A DNA stretch of 64,000 nt, taken from positions 218,240,001 through 218,304,000 of the forward strand of contig OZ024740.1 of the NCBI GenBank assembly GCA_964016885.1, read 5' to 3'. The notes beneath the pieces were generated by a model. The model saw only the letters and a program-made list of their open reading frames with translations. It was not told the DNA's origin and did not search any database. Shown here piece after piece: positions 55,616-64,000 of the stretch. Within the stretch, counting starts at the first letter, position 1. Each line of letters opens with the position of its first letter. Origin of the DNA: Eledone cirrhosa (lineage: Eukaryota). The position numbers were made by a program, and so were the translations under genes.

Positions 55616-58600
55616 CTACAGGCTGATATAGAGAGAAGGCCCATTCACTCGGGCCATTCTCGCTACTTTCACCCATCTTTCATAAAACTTGCTGGGGTAG
55701 AGCACCTCTCTCTCCATTCTGATCCTTCTTCTAAAGTGGTACTTGAAAAAAAAGACCAGTTGTTGGCCGGAGAGAAAGGTGTCTGACCTCAGCCCTTTCA
55801 ACCTTGTCCACCATACAACTTCTTTCGCCATGGCTATCACACAGAGGAAATCCGCCTCTCCTTCGTTTTTGAAAGGGGGGGGGGGGCGGTTTGATTGTGA
55901 CAATGGTCTCGGTGGTCAACCGGATTGGTCCCACCCGCGACAGTAGTCGTTCTACATAGCCCCACAGGTCAGCAACGTCCGGGCAGTGTACGAATGCGTG
56001 TGCGACGGTTTCCTCGTCACGCACGCATCTTGGACAGATCTTCTTCGAGGGGTCCCTACCCGGGAGCCCGTGTCTGTAGAGCTTGTCCCGAACGGGTAGA
56101 GCTCCTCGGTAACATTGCCAAGCCAGGGACTTTTGGAAGTTGTCCATCGGTCCCGGGCCAAACGTCCTACCGAACAGACTGGCCAGCTCGTCTTCCTCCA
56201 TGCCCAGAGCCTCTCCGAGAGCGTCGTCGCACTTACTGCGCACCAACCCTCTATAGAATGTTGAGGTTGAGTCTCCACTGATTGCCGGATCCGCTTGCCA
56301 GAGGGCCGTGAGCGCCTGAGCACATTCAATGTGCCAGTCGCCCACTTTTCTCGGTCTTTGCTTGACCCAGGATTGCAGCTCGGTGAATGAGACGAGTCTC
56401 GGAAAGGCTCGCCTCACAAACAGGGCCCACACCGGCTGACCGGTGAGGAATACCTGGAGGTGCCGTAACCTTAATGCGTGTCTACGCATCGTCAGCCACG
56501 GCATCCTCAGGCCTCCGTTCGAAGGGTGTTGACAGCAGATGGTTCTTCACACCAAAGGAGCCTGCTTCTTCCAAAGAAATCGGAAGAGCGCGCGCTCCAT
56601 TTTGGCGAGGGTTTTCTCTGGGCAAGGCACGACGGTCAAGCGGTAGTAGATGACGGACGCTATATAAGCGTTCACCACCTCCGCTCGACCTTTCAGGGAT
56701 AGTTTACACTCGGCCCACTTCTGGGCGAGTGCAAACACCTTGCCCGTTACATCGTCCCAGTTTTTCTCCACCTGGAGGTCCGGTCCGAACCAGACTCCGA
56801 GCAGCTTCACCGGTCCCTCCGTCCAGCGTCCGACGATGCCGTCGGAGGGCATCGTTTTGCCCCTCCACGTCCCGAGTTGCAAACTGACGGACTTGTCCCG
56901 GTTCAGCTTGGCTCCTGTGAACCTTTCATATTCCTCCAGTAAGGTGCCGATCTGCCCGATTTCCGAGGCGCACGACACCATTACTGTCACGTCATCGGCG
57001 TAGGCCGACACCGCTTTCCGCAATCCCGGTTCCAAGGGGATGCCCTGCAACAGCTCTAGCTTCCGCAGTAGTGGCTCGAGAGCCAGCACATACAGGACGG
57101 AGGAGAGAGGGCATCCCTGTCGAATGGATCGCGTGATTTGGAACGGCTCCGAGAGGTAGCCGTTCACCTTGACCCTCGAGCAGGTGTTGCTGCTGTGCAT
57201 TGCAGCAATCCAGCCCCTGAAAACGGGTCCGAAGCCTGCCGCCGCGAGCACCGCATCCAGGTACCGATGGTCAACCCTATCGAACGCTTTAGATTGATCC
57301 AAGTTGATCAGGGCCCCACCAAAGCCGGGTTCGTTCCCTACCCTCTCTACGATGTATCACATGAGGTGGAGGTTGTCGTGTATGGACCTGGACGGGATTG
57401 CGCATGTCTGCGCTTCTCCCACCAGGTTCCCGACGACAAGCGCCAACCTCTTCGTTAACACCTTGGCCAAAATCTTTAACTCTGTGTTTAGCAGAGTTAT
57501 GGGCCTGAAGTTATTTATGTCATCCTCCTTGTTCTCGTCCTTCCTCACCAGCGTGACTACGCCCTTGGTCACAGAACTGGGAATTCTCCCGTTCTGTTGC
57601 CAGTTGCAGTAGACCGCCTCGAGGAGACCGGAGAACAAGCCCGGCATCGCTACATAAAGTTCGTATGGTACCATCGAGACCCGGAGATTTGCGTTTGCCG
57701 CATTGGCTCAGCGCTTCCCCTATTTCAGCGGCTGAAATCGGCCTCTCGCAGGACTTCGCTTCCCCGTCCGAGAGCCGCGCCAGACCGTCGAGGTATGGAG
57801 CGAAATCCATGGCCCCACCCGGCCCGCCGCCCCTCCCGAACAGTCGTGCAAAGCGCCGTTGAAAAGCCGCGCTCATCCGCTCAGGTTCAAGGATCACGCG
57901 TCCATCCTGGTCTTTCAAAGACCGAATCGTGGACTTGTTTCCACTTTTTGCCTCTGTCACTCGGGCCCAGCTAACAGCTTTGGCTCCCTCGTTACCCAGA
58001 GCACGTATTTTACTTTACTCCTGACAACGCAGCCCTCGTGCTTCGCATCAAAGAACTGGTCTAGGGCCGTTCTTGACGCCAGCACGCCGGCCACGTTTCC
58101 ACTCCTAATCGCCTCTTCTACTCTATTTGTTAATTCCCTTTCAGTTCTATTCCTATCTGATGCTAATTCCCGACTAAAACCTATCGATTCTATTCTAATT
58201 TCTCTCTTGAGAGAGCCCCGCCACCTGTTGTTGACGCCAGCACGCCGGCCACGTTGCCACTCCTAATCGCCTCTTCTACTCTATTTGTTAATTCCCTTTC
58301 AGTTCTATTCCTATCTGATGCTAATTCCCGACTAAAACCTATCGATTCTATTCTAATTTCTCTCTTGAGAGAGCCCCGCCACCTGTTGTTGACAATTTCC
58401 CCCGTCAAACGCTGCTTAACTAGTGTGCTAATCCGCTTACTGTAAGCTTTGTTTGTCGGTAAAGACAAGTTTAGCTTCCAGTAACCGGGTCCCTGTCTAT
58501 GAGTTCTATCAAGGTTGACCACTCCGGTCACCAACTTGTGATCCGAATAGTCAACCATGAACATTCGTGGACAGCTTAATATGTCCCTATCCTTATTTCT

Positions 58601-59218
58601 AACTGGGAACCTATCTAGGTACGACCTAGATCTTCCGCTGCGATTACTCCACGTCCACCGTGGCACAGTCGGAAAATCTAGTCGATATCTATCGGCCAGA
58701 TCAAATCGGCCGATTAATCGTTTGAGGCTGTTACACCCCCCTCTATCGGGACATGCCCCTACATAGTCCCAACGTGCATCCAGGATACCATTCCACTCCC
58801 CCACTAAAAGCAAGGAGCAAGACGTTCCCAGGAAATTCTCCAGGCGTCGGAAGAAGTCCGGTCGCGGTGTCCCAGATGGGGCATACGCTGCCACCAGCCT
58901 GAAAGCTCCACCTTCACCACTGCCGACGTCTAAAACCACCAGTCGACCCTCCGGGTCCAGGTGTACCTTCTGTGTGGCAAGACCCAGGTATTTTCGCAGC
59001 AGAACGACAACCCCACCCCCACCCCTCGGCTGACAGAGAGATGCGTAGATCTCAAAGTCGTCGAAGATGGGGGCCAGTTGGCGCTCGCTGCTGATCCTGG
59101 ACTCGCAAATAACCATTACATCCACTCTGTGCGACCTGAGGTCATTTAAGAGTTTGCCCTGTTTCCAGGACATCCCCAAGCCGCGTGCATTCACACATCC
59201 AACTCTTATATTGGCCAT
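55616..59218 (-). pseudogene. Tx1 ORF2: APE endonuclease, reverse transcriptase and C-terminal CCHC; frameshifted
   Basis: NARGL, SYLDR, SDHK; KSPGLDG, NFRPITLLN, DQSKAFDRV, RQGCPLS, YADDV; CPRC...ETVAHAFVHC. Confidence 0.92.
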
Positions 59219-59260
59219 GTTGGTGCTGAAGAGGTAAAAAGGAAGAGGAAAGGAAATTAC

Positions 59261-61030
59261 TTACCTCTTCGTCTCCTGGGGACCAGGCTGCACAATTTCC
59301 ATGGGGGTGTTGGAAGGGTTGTTTGGTGGGGTGGTGGTTTGTGGTGGGGTGAGGACATCAGTGTGTGGTGGGATTAGGGTGTTTGGTGGGGTGTGGGTGT
59401 CTGGTGTGGGGGTGGGGAAACATCTCAATAGGACGCTGTTATGTGGTTTGGTGCAGTTGGTCCCCACATGCATTGGATGGTTCTTTTTCAAAGTTACATA
59501 GGTTTCCGTTGGGACCCTAATCATCATTAGGTGCGGTTTGTTCGCTGCGTAGGTGAAAGTGATCCCTTCGGTTTCCACCGAAGGGTTATTTTCTATCGCT
59601 TTCATCAACGTTTTATTGTTCTTGTTAATGTATGTATAGAGTTTTTGTTGTGTTGTGTTTGTTTTTGTTTGTTGTTCTTGTGCGTGTTTGCGTTTTGTAG
59701 TGCGTGTTATGTTTTGGGGAGGGGTGGGTTTTTTATTTGTGATGTTTGTTCTGTTTGTGCTGGTGGTTGTGTGTTTGTGGCATTTTTGTTAATGTGGTGC
59801 CTTTTTTTTCCTTTTCACCTGTTGAAAGGGTTCTCCCTCGTCGTCACTGGGTGACGTTGATACGGAGTCCTCTTCCGTGTTGTTGGGGAGGGGTATATTT
59901 TGGGGTTTTGTTGTGGTTGCTTTTGTATTTGTTTTAGGTGGGGAGGGGTTGGGTGGAACAGTGTTTTGTGTTGTTATTTTTCCGTGTTGTTGTGGTGGTG
60001 GTGGTGGTTGTGTTGTTGTGTTCGGGGTTGGCAGAAGAGCCTTTTTTTTTTTACTCGTTAATTGAGGACAGGCAGCCCTCAGGTGATCCCTGCTTAAGCA
60101 GTGGTAACATGACGGCAGCCTTCCCTCCACTGAAATGTTTATATAAGTTAGCCCGTCCAGAGTCACGCGTTGTGGGATATTCGCTATTCGTTCTGGGCTC
60201 ATTTGCACCAGAACTTCTACGGTGGTCCCACCAAATACACCTCCGGAGGACTTTCCTATTGAAATTATCTTGTCTTCGTCAAAGTTAATTATTCCACATA
60301 GTATCCACCAAATGTTTACATTTGGTGTGATACTCATTATTTTTATTCTTTGTGTTCTTTTTCCCCTGTATGTGGGGTAAAAGGTGAAGCGGGGGGACAC
60401 AATGGGTGCTACCGAGTACTTTTGAGCTGTTGACTGGTTGTTCATCAGCACCGAAATGCTACCAAACAGTTTACCTTTTTGTATGAAGGTTAAGTCCTTC
60501 ATTGCATCTTTTAGAACCAACTCAATTTCATTTTGTGATAATTGAGCTGGTTTTCTTGTTTCGTTCGATATTGTCCTGAAAACCAAAGTTTTCAGGACAG
60601 CCTCTCTGCGTAATTCCTGTGGAGAATTGATGCTAAAAGCACCGTTTTCGCCAAAAGTCACGAATTGTTTTGCGTCTTGTAATAGTTGTTTAGCATTTGT
60701 TATGTCTATTGGCGTGTATAGTTCGTTTTTTTTTACGGTCTGTGCGAATGTTGTTTTGGTGTTGTTGTCTTTTTTGTTACTGTCACTGTTGGTAATATTG
60801 GTGTTGCTATTGTTGCAGTTGTTGGTTGTGGTGTTATTGTCATTGTTCTTGTTGGTGTTGGTATTATTTACCGGGTTTGGTTTCGTGGTTTCGATATTTT
60901 TCACGTTTTTCGATGATGCGAGGGGGGAAGGCTGCAAGCTTTGTACTCCTACCTTCCCTCCACCACTTTTCTTAGTGGGCGTGGCACTCACGACAGTGTT
61001 CGAGGTGGAAATGGCATCCATTGCCACCAA
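59261..61030 (-). pseudogene. Tx1 ORF1 gag-like protein with zinc knuckle, interrupted near 59789
   Basis: 413-aa ORF with CYHCLSRDHLRAAC (CX2CX4HX4C). The continuation at 59261-59608 ends just before ORF2. Confidence 0.8.
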
Positions 61031-61218
61031 GTCTACAGTTTTTAGATGAAAATTGAAAAATTCCGCCCCAGAAAGGGGCGAAAATTAGTTGACTCAACGT
61101 CTGACGGCCCAGGCAAGGGGTTAAACTAAACAATGTTATTAAATTGAGCAATAAACTCACAGTTTTTGTGACAACAATCCGTAAAAATCCGGAGCAAAGT
61201 AAATCACGTCTATATCAA

Positions 61219-62160
61219 GTGGTAATTGATATAGAGAAGAAAGTTGGGAGAGTGTGTTGTATATTAGATATAGAGAGGGGGAGAGATTGTTGTTTATTGA
61301 TATAGAGAGGGAGGTGGAAAAAGTTCCATGTTGTAGATATAGAGATGGTGGAGAGTTTGGTGCTAATTCATATAAAGTGGAAGATTGGAAGAGCGTTTCG
61401 TATAGTAGATATAGAAATGAGAAGAATTTGGTGTTACTTGATATAGCGAGGGAGATTGGAAGAGAGTTCTGTGTAGTAGATATAGAGAGGGGGATAATTT
61501 GGTTGTAATGAATAGAGTAAGTGGATTGATAGAGATAAGTATTGATAGATATAGAGGAGATAGTTTGGTAGTGATGGTTAGAGTGAGGGGGAATGAGAGA
61601 GAGAGTGTTGTATGGTAGATATAGAGAGGGAGGTATTTTGATAGTAATTGATACAGTAAAGGGGTTGGAAGAGAGTTCTGTGTAGTAGATATAGAGAGGG
61701 GAGAGTTTTGTGTTAATTTATATACAGAGGGTGATAGGAAGAGAGTGTTGTATAGTTAATGTAGAGAGGGGGAGTGTTTGGTGGTAATGAACAGAGTGAG
61801 AAGATTGATAGAGATAAGTATTTATAGATACAGAGAGGTGGGGGCATTTGGTAGGGATGGATAGAAATAGAGAGTGTGTTGTATAGATAGAGAGAGGTGA
61901 AGATTTCAATGCTTGTAGATATAATGAAGGGGTTGGGAGATATAAATATTGATAAATATAGAGAGGGGGATTGGGAGAGACAGTGTCGTAAAAGATATAG
62001 AGGGGGTAGTTTGTGATGGATAGAGATAGGACGATGACGAGAGAGTGTAGTAGAGATGGCGAGGGGGAGAGTTTTGAGATGATTGATATAAAGAGGAGGA
62101 TTGGGAGAGTGTTTTGTATGTTAGATATAGAGAGGGGGATAATTTGGTGGTTGTAGAAAC
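61219..62160. repeat. Degenerate purine-rich minisatellite with 30-35 bp units (GAGAGTTTGGTGGTAATTGATATAGAGAGG-like); continues at about 55305-55374
   Basis: Recurrent GATATAGAGAG units on both sides of the LINE. Confidence 0.75.
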
Positions 62161-62263
<103 letters not shown>

Positions 62264-62643
62264 TACAGGGGTGGGTGGAACCTAAGGGAGTATCGGGACC
62301 ATATCACCCCCACCCCCACCCATAATTCTATTTTTCTCGAAACGGGAACGAAGCATCAATATAATATCAATATATTATTTTTATTTACACATGCGTTTCT
62401 TAATCGATCAGCTCAAGATACGATCGGTAATAATGGGGCCCGACTCTAGAATCGCTCATACATTTGTGGATTCTGGAATGATTATAAAGAATATATATAT
62501 AATATATTATATATCAAATGAATGCAGCCTGTTAGAACATTACTCACCAGAGTACTCGATACTTGGGGTAGTAGAGAGTGGTTATATGAAAGAGTCGGGA
62601 CCCCGACGGCTGAGCTCTTGCCGTTTCAACAGATAGTTCCGAA

Positions 62644-62698
<55 letters not shown>

Positions 62699-64000
62699 TG
62701 CAAACTCTGCTAAGAATATTGCAATCGGTTGTCAGATTACAGAGTTTGGTGCACTTTTAGTCTACGGCCAGCCACACGAACCTGTAACCTATCCTGAACA
62801 AGCAATGCCTTGCACTCGACCAACCCCACTCTCTGAGCATCGAAAACATTACCCAAAAAGGAGAACTGGTCAACATTATCGGGTGCTTCCGAAGCCGCAG
62901 GTTTTTTTTTCTTTTCAAAGTTTCCCTCTCTTAGAAAGGTGTGACAACAGCTGGGGTCCTTTCACTCCCAGGTGAAAAAAAAAGAGTACTATTTGGATGG
63001 TCGTTGACTCTGCTGAGTTCCTCCGGTTTTCGCCGTGTCTTGTATTTCATCCCACAGGGTGTCCAAATATCACCCTCCTCATCAAGCTAGCTTGGTGGGG
63101 TTGCCGTTTTAGTCACCAACAGACAGGTTGCACTGAGTTACATGTTACCAGTAGCTCTCGAGAGCGACCTGACATACATATATAAAGTTTTGGGCTCACT
63201 ACAATTAAAACTTAGAGAGTATCTTAAGCAAATAAATCTCAAATCACAAATTGTCCGTTGGGCACTACCGATATGCACAAGAAATGTTTCTCTGTCTAAG
63301 GTCCTTGTTAAGACCCGACAGGCATCAGAATATCCAGTACTGATTATATTCACTGTGTCAACCATATATCATAATAACTATTATTTCCAATATTGGCACA
63401 AGGCCAGCAATTTGAGTTCACTGAATGCTGCAAACATTCGAAACAGACTTCCGTTTCCTGTTTCGTCCACGTTTTTCCTACAGGCATTAGTCTATACTAT
63501 AAACATGACAAATAAAATCAAACAGGATGAATAAGCTAATTAACTGGTAGGATTTACTTATACAAGATACTCGTCTATATTAAGATAAAATATTCTATTT
63601 TTCCAAGTAGATGGTGACAGTGACTTCGATGTAATTCGCAGTCAGAAGAGACAAATTAGATCCGGAACCTCGAAGTACCTACTCAATTTTATTTTATTGT
63701 ATTTTATTTTATTTTATTTTATTTTATTATGTTTTTAAATATCTTTACGCATGCTGGAATGGCTCCTCCAGTGCGTCTCCCTCACTATCTTTCGGGGAAA
63801 CGACTTCTCTATTCTGTTCGCCGGGGCCGACGAAGCCAGTGAGAGTGGTGACTTGGTTCTTTTGTGTTCGGATCTGGTGTATATATATGTATATGTTTCC
63901 AAATAATTATATATATAGAATTAATGACTCCCCACCACCACCACCTAGAAAAACTATATCACCCTCCTGTATATGTATTGAAAGCTAATTCAGTTAATGT

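Larger units (their letters stand above)
55375..61218 (-). mobile_element. Near full-length Tx1-clade (L1-group) LINE with 15-bp TSD
   Basis: ORF1 plus APE-RT-CCHC ORF2. GTG(A/G)TAATTGATATA occurs at 55360-55374 and 61219-61233. Confidence 0.9.

Noticed and set aside
62691-63534. ORFs 62691-62975 and 63142-63534 as genes
   Set aside because: No recognisable motifs, and one runs into a SINE tail.

Overview
Very repeat-rich eukaryotic DNA, most likely from an octopus or related cephalopod. This is inferred from the Nin/Deu-domain and CORE-type tRNA SINEs and the extreme (TA)n/(CA)n/(TAA)n load. No host gene can be supported, and nearly all ORFs in the track are microsatellite translations. Recognisable elements are: at least six Penelope-like retroelement (PLE) remnants (RT and/or GIY-YIG); a near full-length Tx1-clade LINE; RTE and R4/Dong-like fragments; a DD35D pogo transposon; two hAT MITEs; a five-unit array of tiny Tc1/mariner-type MITEs; a non-autonomous Helitron; and about 20 SINEs. 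Two things stand out. (1) Many (TA)n tracts hold short fold-back inserts carrying hammerhead ribozyme motifs, including core variants. (2) Six copies from four sequence families show a hammerhead-like motif with its core segments in the order NUH - GAAA - CUGAUGA. This order is not any of the type I/II/III circular permutations, yet four helices covary between families. It is a candidate new, probably dimer-dependent, ribozyme architecture carried by ORF-less retrozyme-like repeats. All structures were derived by eye and none has been tested.
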